This document shows positions 28,378-38,200 of a stretch of 64,000 nt of DNA, one piece after another. A program made the translations under genes and the position numbers. The notes beneath the pieces were generated by a model. That model saw only the letters and a program-made list of their open reading frames with translations. It searched no databases and had not been told where the DNA came from. Each line of letters starts with the position of its first letter. The first letter of the stretch is position 1. The DNA comes from a virus: IMG/VR virus record IMGVR_UViG_3300031707_000005, positions 20,624-84,623 of that record; one strand, written 5' to 3'.

Positions 28378-29318
28378 ACTTTCGGCATTATAGCATCAGA
28401 ACCAACAAACATTTCTGAGGGCCAAAGTCCAGATGACTGCGCAGCTAACCGAGTTCTAACATACCGTTTATCCCAGTTACCGTATTTCTTGCACATGAGT
28501 TCTTGGATTAGAATTTTCGAAAAATTAGGAGAAATGAGTTTTGATTGACAAAACAATAAACACTCAGCTGCAATACCAGGGGCATTAACACTATGCGCAT
28601 GATATACACACATAGCAAGGTCCACATCAATTTTTAAATGTGAGTCATCAAGAATAGATGAATCCATAACTTTAATTTTCGAAAGAGTTTGATATGTACT
28701 GAGTTCTAATTTCTGTTGACCTTCCACAAGATATTGAGTTGCACATGTTATCTGTGATGCGTAAGTTTCTGAATCAGAAAATAGGTTGTGAAATAAAATA
28801 GCCCATGTTTCTGCCGAAGCACGATCTTGTCCACTCTGAGGAACAAGTCCGTTCACGGGAGCAAAAGTATTCCTGATAACATCACCGGGGATTGGTTTAC
28901 CTAATGAATCACGAAGAACCCCGTCCGGAGAAAGATACCAACCAATTTTAGAAAAAGCACTTGAAAGGCCCTTCCAGTTTACATTTTTCTCTGGGTGCGG
29001 AGAGCCATTTTTATCCGCATATATGACACCAAGTGAGTCTCTTATTTTAGAAATTATTCCAAAAAGAGGACCCTGTTTTAAAGTACTAGGGTAAACTGCA
29101 ATCCAATGGAAAGGTCCTGCGCTTATCCCGGCACCGTCATAACTTTGAATGGAACCCCATGAAGGAGATTCCAAAGATGTGGCCAAATAAGCGGCCCTTT
29201 GAAGATGAAAGTTGGTCTTAAATGCTTTAATCGATACAGGAATAGACCCTATGGCTCGTATTCCAGCATATTTGTTATATGTAACTCTATCAAATTTCGA
29301 CAGTGTGTTTACAGTCAT
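28374..29318 (-). CDS. Putative lysozyme-like peptidoglycan hydrolase
   Basis: E...GSIQSYDGAGISAGPFHW resembles the E..G....YD...S.G..QW motif of lysozyme-fold muramidases. Confidence 0.45.
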   Translation of the reverse strand: MTVNTLSKFDRVTYNKYAGIRAIGSIPVSIKAFKTNFHLQRAAYLATSLESPSWGSIQSYDGAGISAGPFHWIAVYPSTLKQGPLFGIISKIRDSLGVIYADKNGSPHPEKNVNWKGLSSAFSKIGWYLSPDGVLRDSLGKPIPGDVIRNTFAPVNGLVPQSGQDRASAETWAILFHNLFSDSETYASQITCATQYLVEGQQKLELSTYQTLSKIKVMDSSILDDSHLKIDVDLAMCVYHAHSVNAPGIAAECLLFCQSKLISPNFSKILIQELMCKKYGNWDKRYVRTRLAAQSSGLWPSEMFVGSDAIMPKV

Positions 29319-29320
29319 AC

Positions 29321-31573
29321 CTATATACTTTCTTGCTGAATTGGTTCCGGTTCGAGTTTTTCAGACAAGCTATCTTGAATCAAATTTCTGAGATTCGAAT
29401 TTCGAATTGTTTCGCGTTCATTGTGGATGGCAAGAGAAAAAGCTCTTGGGTCTCCAAACATGAAGACCTTCTTTTTAGCACGAGTAATCGCAGTATAAAC
29501 TAAATTTCTATATAACATTATGCCATACTGCATGGTCATTGGCATCAAGACGAAATCAAATTCTTGTCCTTGAACTTTATGCGCTGTGCAAGCATATGCA
29601 ACTTTTAGAACATGCCTAGCTTCTTCAATCTTGAACAAGAAAACCTTATCTATGTATCTCGGAACAGATGAATCCTGATCAAACCAGTCAAATATTTTTA
29701 CTTCAACTTCATCCTGTTTAATTGAAACACGGGTTACTTTCCCAACGTCACCATTGAAGATCATTCGTTCATAGTCATTCTTGACTATCATGACACGATC
29801 ACCTTCAAACAAATCAACATTACCATGTTTAAGTTTTGTAGCTTTCCCAGAAATAAAATCAGGGTTCAAAACTCCACGAAGTCGTTTATTCAAAGTATCA
29901 ACACCAAGTTCACCGTTATACATCGGTGCAATAACCTGGAAATTCATATCTCTTGATTTCAACGCAGTAGACATTTTACATATTTCGTCTGCAACATCTT
30001 CAATTGGAATGTTCATGTAAACAAATTGAGACGATGTATTAGTTCGAGTATCTACCGCATTTCCTTTCAAAATGGCATGAGCAACAGTAATAATATCTGA
30101 TTGCTTCTCTTGACGATAAACACGAGTAAGAGACACGTGAGGAACGTCACGACACTGCATTAAACTATTCAAAACATAGCCAGCTCCGACAGATGGGAGC
30201 TGTGCTGAGTCACCAACCATTATTACGATAGTTGTCGGCAATAACGCGGAAATTAGGTTAAATAGAGTTGAACTATCAACCATTGACATCTCATCAACGA
30301 TAACAGCATCAACATGGAAATGATTTCCGGAATAAAACTCCCAACCACCATCTTTTTTGTAACCGAGTGCTCTATGGATCGTATAAGCAGGTTTTCCGGT
30401 AACTTGAGATAAACGCTTAGCAGCAATACCGGTAGGAGACATCAAAGTATAATGAAGACCGGCTTTTTCAAAAAGATTAACGAAAGCTGACACGAGAGTA
30501 GTTTTGCCGGTACCTGGATATCCAGATATAACACAAAACCTTGAGCGCTCAAGCATAAGAAAAGCATCTCGTTGATCATCAGATAATGAAATTCCGCGGG
30601 ATTCTTCAAAGTCATTCAAGATCAACTTTAGATCACCCATAACACGCGGAGGCTGACGAACGATTTCCGATATATACTTAGCAGACTCAGATTCATATTT
30701 CCAATTATGAGCTAGGTAGATGAAATCACCAGAACAAAAAATGTCACCAGAACTCTGGAGTGACTTCAAACCCGAGAAAAAATGCGAGTCAGACATATAC
30801 TCGCCATGAGAAAAAGCAGACACGGAGTGCCTTCGAAACATTTTCTTTGACATATACTCGAGAATTTGTCCAGAAGTGCAATAAACGTGTCCATCTGATG
30901 CAGCAAGTTCACGCATGACGAACGTAATCATTGCACAAATACGTCTCGAATCATCTACACCGATACCGGTTTTCTGAGCCGCACTGTCCGCAGTGGCAAA
31001 CCCGACACTTGGACATTCACAAAGTCTATATGGATCTTCACGAACAATATTTTTAGTTTGAATACCAAATTTCGTAAAAACATTTCTTACCTGAGCTGCA
31101 TTTAACCCAAGATCCGTTAAAAAGATCGCGACAGTTCGACTTTCTGAGGCTTCAGTCCATTCCCTAACTATAGCATCGGCCTGAGTCTTTGTAAGAAATG
31201 GCAAACTACGAACTTGTTCCGGATCAGTATTTAAAGTATTAACTAATTCATCACCGAGGGCATCATATAATCTAGTGGCAGTAATCATTCCAATAGAAGG
31301 AACGTTAGCCATTAAATATATTATGATGCCGTTTCGTCCTTTTTCAGGAAGGACTTCACAGTCGGTGGCATTGAATTGCTTGCCGAATTTTTCATGAACT
31401 TCGTAACCACCGGTAAACTTAGCTTTCAGACCAGTTGCGATAGACACTCCAGGAAATGTTCCACGAATCGTAACTTGCTGTGAATTGTTATCAAGCGTGG
31501 CCTTAACAATGTAAAAACCGGTTTGACGATTCTGAAATTGAATACCAGATACTTTTGCGGTAATTTGCTCCAT
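29321..31573 (-). CDS. recD2: RecD2-like SF1 helicase
   Basis: N-terminal OB/HhH, GYPGTGKTT, SPTGIAAKRL, TIHRAL, IVDEMSMVD, VGDSAQLPSVGAG, YACTAHKVQGQE, YTAITRAK. Confidence 0.93.
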   Translation of the reverse strand: MEQITAKVSGIQFQNRQTGFYIVKATLDNNSQQVTIRGTFPGVSIATGLKAKFTGGYEVHEKFGKQFNATDCEVLPEKGRNGIIIYLMANVPSIGMITATRLYDALGDELVNTLNTDPEQVRSLPFLTKTQADAIVREWTEASESRTVAIFLTDLGLNAAQVRNVFTKFGIQTKNIVREDPYRLCECPSVGFATADSAAQKTGIGVDDSRRICAMITFVMRELAASDGHVYCTSGQILEYMSKKMFRRHSVSAFSHGEYMSDSHFFSGLKSLQSSGDIFCSGDFIYLAHNWKYESESAKYISEIVRQPPRVMGDLKLILNDFEESRGISLSDDQRDAFLMLERSRFCVISGYPGTGKTTLVSAFVNLFEKAGLHYTLMSPTGIAAKRLSQVTGKPAYTIHRALGYKKDGGWEFYSGNHFHVDAVIVDEMSMVDSSTLFNLISALLPTTIVIMVGDSAQLPSVGAGYVLNSLMQCRDVPHVSLTRVYRQEKQSDIITVAHAILKGNAVDTRTNTSSQFVYMNIPIEDVADEICKMSTALKSRDMNFQVIAPMYNGELGVDTLNKRLRGVLNPDFISGKATKLKHGNVDLFEGDRVMIVKNDYERMIFNGDVGKVTRVSIKQDEVEVKIFDWFDQDSSVPRYIDKVFLFKIEEARHVLKVAYACTAHKVQGQEFDFVLMPMTMQYGIMLYRNLVYTAITRAKKKVFMFGDPRAFSLAIHNERETIRNSNLRNLIQDSLSEKLEPEPIQQESI

Positions 31574-31586
31574 GAGCACCTCGAAA

Positions 31587-32390
31587 TCAAGAAGCGTTGG
31601 AACCCATCATCTTATACAGGTCAGACTCAGAGATTACCTGAACACCATGTTTCTTAGCGCTCTTCATCTTGGAACTAGTGGTATCAGAGTCATTAGTAAC
31701 AAGGTATGACAAACCGGAACCAACAGAACTTTTCGAAACCCCTCCAGCGTCCATAATCATTTTTTCAACAGCTTTTCTAGGTTTTGAAGTAGATCCGGTT
31801 ATACAAAAAGATTTTCCAGAAAGAAGACCACCAACCGGTTTTTTAAGATCAAGAACCTCTGACAAGTCGAGTATAGCACGGTGATGTTCTTGGAGACCGT
31901 CAAAAACTTGCCTCGCGGTCACTTCTCCAATATTCGGAATTTTCAAAAGTTCTTCGTGAGTAACCGCTAAAACCTTGTCAACAGTATCATACCCGGCTTG
32001 AACGATATCCGTAGCCGTAGCAAGAGCAAAATTTGGAATGTTAAGTGACGCTAGGAGCAACTCAAGAGGAATTTTCTTACCTGCATGAAGAACTTCATAA
32101 CATTTCTGCGCCATTTTCTGGCCGGATGTACACATAACTAAGTCATCGATAGTTAATTTATATAGATCGGCAATGGATTGTATGCGAGGATTATTTGGAT
32201 CAGTGAGCTCGTCTATGAGGGCATCACCCCAATGAAGTAGACCAAGTCTCATAATCCATACTTTTATAGACCCGGCAAGCTTCGCAGAGCAAGACCGATT
32301 TCGACACCAAAGGAAGAAACCCTCGGTGGAAGTTGGTCCATTACATATAGGACAAAAGTCCGGAATTTTAAAGCGATCCTGGTCTCCCAT
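31587..32390 (-). CDS. ligA: NAD-dependent DNA ligase, C-terminal half (Zn finger, HhH, BRCT)
   Basis: CPICNG...WCRNRSC, IADLYKL, IPNIGEVTA, LSGKSFCITGS...SSKMKSAKKHGVQVISE. Confidence 0.9.
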   Translation of the reverse strand: MGDQDRFKIPDFCPICNGPTSTEGFFLWCRNRSCSAKLAGSIKVWIMRLGLLHWGDALIDELTDPNNPRIQSIADLYKLTIDDLVMCTSGQKMAQKCYEVLHAGKKIPLELLLASLNIPNFALATATDIVQAGYDTVDKVLAVTHEELLKIPNIGEVTARQVFDGLQEHHRAILDLSEVLDLKKPVGGLLSGKSFCITGSTSKPRKAVEKMIMDAGGVSKSSVGSGLSYLVTNDSDTTSSKMKSAKKHGVQVISESDLYKMMGSNAS

Positions 32391-32419
32391 AAGGAAGAGT
32401 ACAGGACAGAAAGTCAGCT

Positions 32420-33004
32420 TTACTCAGCAGCTTGTTCCTGAGTCTCTTCAGGAGCTTCATAATCTTCTTCAGATTCCTCCTCTTCCTCTTCTTGCCCCTC
32501 TTCCTCAGCTCCGGAAGGCTCCTGGCTCATATCAGGTGTTTCAGTATCGTAGGAAGGAGGGGTCTCACCAGCGGGAGTTCCACCGGCACCGGCTTCAACA
32601 TCATCCAGTGATTGGTTCTTCGGGATAGGCGCCCCTCCCTCATCACCATAGGTATATTCAGACTGAAGCATCTCATATTTACCTTCATAAAAGGCCTTCG
32701 AGAAGGTCGAGAGTTCGTCTCCAATAGCAAGAACAGCTTCCGAAATCTTTGAGAGCCGGGCGAGTTCCTCCCCAGCAAAGTCTCCCTGAAGTCGGGCGAG
32801 TTTAGCATATAAAACGTGAGTGTCTTTTAAGACGTCAGCAACGTAAGAATTAACGCGTTGCCACTCACCGTCACGATCTTCGGTAGCAACACGATTAAAA
32901 ATACTTTGTCGTACTTCAGAAGCTATACGGGAAAATTCAGTCCGAGGCTCATCAGACGTGGCTTTTTGAACTTCGGATGCAGCGTTGCGAAATATAGTGG
33001 TCAT
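32420..33004 (-). CDS. Acidic putative head-associated protein
   Basis: RIAS and RVAT motifs, poly-E tail, TAGACCCTTT upstream. Confidence 0.6.
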   Translation of the reverse strand: MTTIFRNAASEVQKATSDEPRTEFSRIASEVRQSIFNRVATEDRDGEWQRVNSYVADVLKDTHVLYAKLARLQGDFAGEELARLSKISEAVLAIGDELSTFSKAFYEGKYEMLQSEYTYGDEGGAPIPKNQSLDDVEAGAGGTPAGETPPSYDTETPDMSQEPSGAEEEGQEEEEEESEEDYEAPEETQEQAAE

Positions 33005-33099
33005 AGTTTTCCCTTTACAGCAGAAGGTAACAAAGGGTCTAGAAAATTAGAAAGGATACTATACTATTAAGTAAAGAACTCTCGAGCGTAGTTTTTTAG

Positions 33100-34218
33100 A
33101 TGTCACAAAATCGTATCAATGAACTAAGGTCAAGTCTCAAAAAATGGAGAGACGCATATTATAACTTGGATCCGAAAGTTTCAGACCAAGAATATGACTC
33201 AGCCAGGGATGAACTGGCAGGACTATCTCCAGATGATACGGAAATTATTGCAATAGGTGCGACACCATCTCAACACTCTGTATGGGAAAAAGTTCGACAC
33301 GAAATACCGATGGGATCACTCGGAAAAGCAAATTCTGAGAAAGAAATTGATGACTGGATTGAAAAAACAGGCGCAAAAGAGTGGTTCATAACACACAAAA
33401 TTGATGGATCATCCATGGAGCTCGTTTACAAGTCCGGAAAACTAATAAGATGCGTAACTCGAGGGGATGGAATTATCGGTGAAGATGTGACAGTAAATGT
33501 GTCAAAAATTCCATCAGTCCCGAAATCTTTACCGATGCCTATAGATACGATTGTACGCGGGGAAATAGTGATGTTGAAGAGTGTATTCACTCAGAAATAC
33601 TCAGAAGAATATGCAAATCCACGAAACACAGCAGCCGGAAAAGTGCGTGAAAAGAAAGGTGGAGGAGAAGCGTGTAAAGACCTTGAGTTTCTCGCCTATT
33701 GGATTCATTTCGAAAAACAGGCAGATAAGCAAAATGGCATGTTTGCATCCATACTTTGGCTCAAAGAGAATGGATTTAAAACTCCGACATGCACTGTAAG
33801 TCGAAATCTAGATACTATTAAATCGGTATATACTGATCAGTCGACAAAAAGAGACGATATAGATTATGAAATAGATGGAATGGTTGTTTCCGTCGAAGAT
33901 TTAAATCTAATCGAAGAGTTAGGTTCAATTAATGGGCGACCAAGAGGTCAGATCGCGTGGAAATTTGATCCCGCCATGCGAGAAACAAGAATAGTTGACG
34001 TAAAATGGCAAGTCGGTAACTCTGGAAGAATAACGCCTGTAGCAGTAGTAGAACCGGTTGATGTCGGAGGAGTTACAATAACAAATATATCCCTACATAA
34101 CCTATCACTATTTCGAGATCTCGCCTTAAATAAAGGAAATCGAGTCCTTGTGTCACGTAGAAACGACGTCATTCCGTTTTTAGAAAAGAACCTAGATATT
34201 GATATTGATCAAGAGTGA
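33100..34218 (+). CDS. ligA: NAD-dependent DNA ligase, N-terminal half (Ia, adenylation, OB domains)
   Basis: YYN..PKVSDQEYD, KVRHEIPMGSL, KIDG, TRGDG.IGEDVT, NPRNTAAG, YEIDGMV, IAWKF, QVGNSGRITPVA, RRNDVIP, then stop. Confidence 0.92.
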   Translation: MSQNRINELRSSLKKWRDAYYNLDPKVSDQEYDSARDELAGLSPDDTEIIAIGATPSQHSVWEKVRHEIPMGSLGKANSEKEIDDWIEKTGAKEWFITHKIDGSSMELVYKSGKLIRCVTRGDGIIGEDVTVNVSKIPSVPKSLPMPIDTIVRGEIVMLKSVFTQKYSEEYANPRNTAAGKVREKKGGGEACKDLEFLAYWIHFEKQADKQNGMFASILWLKENGFKTPTCTVSRNLDTIKSVYTDQSTKRDDIDYEIDGMVVSVEDLNLIEELGSINGRPRGQIAWKFDPAMRETRIVDVKWQVGNSGRITPVAVVEPVDVGGVTITNISLHNLSLFRDLALNKGNRVLVSRRNDVIPFLEKNLDIDIDQE

Positions 34219-34227
34219 CATTACAAT

Positions 34228-34419
34228 ATGATTAAACAACACAGATGGTCAGGATGGCCCGGGGCTTTCTGCCTAGATTGCTTCGCAGAAGACCAAGGCG
34301 AAGCATGCTTAGTTGACGAATGTTATGGCGCCATACAGTGCATTAAAGGACATATTCAATGTGAAGAACATGAATATATCGGTTGTGAAAAACACAAAAA
34401 TTCACCATGCACTAAATAA
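34228..34419 (+). CDS. Small Cys-rich hypothetical protein
   Basis: HRWSGWPGAFCLDC; follows the ligase N-half. Confidence 0.55.
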   Translation: MIKQHRWSGWPGAFCLDCFAEDQGEACLVDECYGAIQCIKGHIQCEEHEYIGCEKHKNSPCTK

Positions 34420-34421
34420 AA

Positions 34422-34937
34422 TCAGACTTGAATTTCACCGATATACGGAAGGTTCCGATGTTTCTCCTGATAATCCATACCATATCCAACAACAAACTTA
34501 TCTTCAATAGTAAACCCGGTATAATCGATTTTCACTGGAACTCGAGTTCTACACGATTTATGTAAAAGAGCACAAATCGAAATGGAAGCTGGTTCTCTAG
34601 TTTGAAGAATTTTAATTAAGTGTTGAATTGTAAGTCCAGAATCAACAATATCCTCAACAATAAGTATATCTTTTCCCTTAATAGACCGTGTTAAGTCATG
34701 AGTGATCATAATGGAACCGGAAGACGTTCCACCATTATACGAACTAATACCGAGAAAATCAACAAACGTATCCGGAAGCTTAATGGTCCGAATCAGATCA
34801 CCAGCAAAAACAAAAGACCCCTTTAACACAGGAATCATCGTTAATGGACTCCTAGCGAAATCCTGAGTGATAGCCTGTCCGATCCACGAAATGCGATTAG
34901 CGATACTAGACGCTGATATCAATTCGCGAATCGGCAT
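34422..34937 (-). CDS. hpt: Hypoxanthine-guanine phosphoribosyltransferase
   Basis: VLKGSFVFAGDL, ILIVEDIVDSGLT, FVVGYGMDY...RNLPYIG. Confidence 0.95.
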   Translation of the reverse strand: MPIRELISASSIANRISWIGQAITQDFARSPLTMIPVLKGSFVFAGDLIRTIKLPDTFVDFLGISSYNGGTSSGSIMITHDLTRSIKGKDILIVEDIVDSGLTIQHLIKILQTREPASISICALLHKSCRTRVPVKIDYTGFTIEDKFVVGYGMDYQEKHRNLPYIGEIQV

Positions 34938-34938
34938 A

Positions 34939-35193
34939 TTAATGTTCCTCGCTCTGAGACTGAACTTTCTGCATCATTGCTTCAATGGCTTCCATTGCAT
35001 CGAAAGCAACGCACGTCACACGAACACGTTTACCGAGGAGGGATCGAAGAAGCGCTTGATTCGAAAAAGCAATTCCTTCGTCGTCAACTATGACGACTTC
35101 TCCGGTATCTGGATCAGTTTGAACAATTCCATCAACAATTGTACCAGCATCATATCCGTGAGAAAAACGATCTCGATCGTTGTTATAGTCCAT
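34939..35193 (-). CDS. Hypothetical protein
   Basis: 84-aa ORF in operon between RNR and hpt. Confidence 0.7.
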   Translation of the reverse strand: MDYNNDRDRFSHGYDAGTIVDGIVQTDPDTGEVVIVDDEGIAFSNQALLRSLLGKRVRVTCVAFDAMEAIEAMMQKVQSQSEEH

Positions 35194-35202
35194 GGTGTTG
35201 TT

Positions 35203-38200
35203 TCAACTACAACCTGTCGTAGTTCCACATGAGGAACAAAGATAACAAGAACCATTACGTTGAGTTATGTTACCACAACGAGCACATGGAGGACCGCCAA
35301 GGTTCTTACGCGGCGTCTTTATCGTAGCATCAGTAGAATGTAACGGAGGCGGCGGTATTGAAGGCGGCGATGAATGGTATTGATCCGATACTTCATCCTT
35401 CGCAATGCTTTCATTAACGTCGTTGTCCGACTCATCAGAACGATTAGAAAGACCGGAGTGTTCCCCATTATAATAATGAACATCAAGAACTTTGAACATA
35501 TAATCATATAAACTCTTAGCAAACCGAACTTTCTTGTTCGTTGTCATCCCAGCGGGTTCAAATCGGGTATCGATGAAACTTGAAATAAGTTTCGGTAAAG
35601 GAATCCCGTATTGAATGGCAATAGAACAGAGCTGGGTGAAACCATCTATCAGACCAGATACAGTGCTACCGGGTTTCCCGAGTTTAAGAAAGATTTCACC
35701 CGGACGACCGTCAGGATACTCACTAACAATAAGATATCCCTTATATCCGTCAATTTCAAACTTATGCCGCCAACTCTTAACATCATTCGGCATTTTCTCA
35801 CGACGAACAACAGGAACTTGAATTTCACGAACAACTTCTCTGATGTTCATGTCAACGGCTTTTAAGGCCGCTTGCAGTGAATCCTTGGAGTCCTTCGTCG
35901 TGAGAGGCTGAGACGCCTTACACTTATCACGATATAGAGCTATACACTTCAAACCGAGACGCCACGATTCTTCATAAATCTTAGCAATCTCGTCAGAGGT
36001 AACGCTCTCAGGAAGATTAACAGTCTTGCTCATCGCACATGTAATAAGTGGCTGGATGGCAGCCATCATTTTGACATGCGCCATAGGCGATAGATACCGC
36101 GCCGATGGACCGGCAGGCATCGCAGTGTCGAAAACATGAATATGCTCGTCCTTTAGACCGGGAGCTCCTTCTATCGTGTCATTAGATTCGACATGATTGC
36201 AAATCTCTGCAACTTCATCTGTCGAATATCCGAGATTCACCAGGGCCTCGCGAACACCGAAGTTGATGAGCTTCATTACGCCGCCACCGACGAGCGACTT
36301 ATAACTCACAAGTGAAAACGCCGGTTCGATACCAGTAGTGTTCATTCCCATCAGGAACGATATAGTTCCGAGTGGGGCCTGCAGTGTGGCTTGAGAGATA
36401 TTATAGCCGTACTTTTCACCAAGAGAGATGGCTTCTTTCCAGACTTCAGCGGACAATGAAACCACGTCATCATTGACCGGATCCTTCGGAAGGTGCCAAC
36501 GCTCGATGATTTTTGCATCAGCTTCCTGATGCATTCGCATCACGCGAAGCATATCTTCACGGTTCTTCTCGAATTCAGAGAATGCGCCGACACGAGCAGC
36601 AAGCTTTGCTGATGTTAGATAAACAATTCCGGTCATGAGAGATGCCATGCGAGCGGCAACAGCACGACCCTCATCGGAATCATATCCATAACCGAGATTC
36701 ATGACGAGCGCACCAAGATCACCATAGTTAGTGCCAATGGGACGAAGCTTTATTGAATTAGACCCGATTTCGTCAGTCGGATATGCAGCCTTCGCAACAA
36801 TAGCCATCTGAGCGGTACTAAAGATTCTCGTGGCTTGAGTAAATCTCTCAGGAACAAATTTGCGGCCATCGAAAAACTTCGTCAGGTTAATCGCACAGAG
36901 ATTACAGGCTGTGTTGTCAACATGAAGGAATTCACTACAATTATGAGCAACAATCCCGTTTGCGATGAGCGAACTAGTTTCAGGCTCGGTAATGTCGTAA
37001 ACGGGAACAATCTCACCATTGTTAATCACACGGACAACATCATCTGTCCATTTATCGCGGCCGTTATGATTAATTGAATCAGGAATATCGGAGAATCGAG
37101 CTTGTTTCCTATCAGAAAGCAATCCGATTGATTTCATAAGATTTCTGAAAGTTTTAAGACTCTGGCCAGTGATAACAAGATCATTTGTCTTCTCTTTCGA
37201 GAAATACGTTCGAGTTTCGCCCGACACTGTCGTATATGAAAACGTCGGTTTATCGTTAGGACGACGATCTTTGTAAAGAGTGCTGTTAACACCAAGATTC
37301 AAAAGAAGATCCTGGACTCCGCGTAGAAGTTCAAGACTAGTAGAACTAAAACGAGCGTCAACATTCTTCTTCGGTTGAATATTGAAAGTCCCATCTGCAG
37401 AAAAAAGACCAGCAAGAAATGCAAGTTGTTCCTGAACTGTTGATCGAAAAACGGCATCCATGACTTTTTTAGTCGGAGCTTTAGACCCAGGTTCACAAGC
37501 CCAGACCAACATGGATTCCCAAATGGCTTTCCTGTGAATCCGAATATAATCCGGGCTTTCACCGACAGATCCATTTTGATATTTTTGAGAGAATGGGATG
37601 TCTTGATCACGGAAAAATGCAAGAATCTTATCCATTGCATCTTTGTCATCTTTACCAAAAACGAGCCCAACTTCGTGAGTATTTCTACAAGGAAGTGCTT
37701 TCAAGATCCATCCATCACCAACAATCCACCCAGCAATCTTGTGCCACATGAGATCAAGACCAGATGACTCCGTCGAGTATGCACCAACTCCGGCTTGCAA
37801 ACAAAGAACACTATCTTCCGTCAGATCGGATGCCTCTACCCACCCATCAGTCGTCATAAGACGATGATCAGGGGTTACCTTCAGTATTCTACCTCTTCTC
37901 GTATGAACTTCAACAACATTTTTCACACCAGTCGGAAAAACTGTGGCTGCTTTCAAAACAGGTCCATCTGGTGTTTGAACGAGAGTCAAAAATTTCGAAG
38001 AACAACCTGATGACTCGAATTCTGCACACAAATCTTCAATACGTACTAAGCCAAGCTCAGTGGCAATGCGAGTATCGGGATGGAAGCATGGATTTGAAGC
38101 ACGAATCTTCCCATTCTTTGGGGTAGTGTGCCACTTGTTTATATTGTCGGAGAATTGAACGCCCGGGTCACCACAACGCCACGCAGCATCGGCAACTTCT

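Noticed and set aside
31587-34218. Split intein or trans-splicing joining the ligase halves
   Set aside because: Neither half has intein N- or C-terminal motifs at the break.
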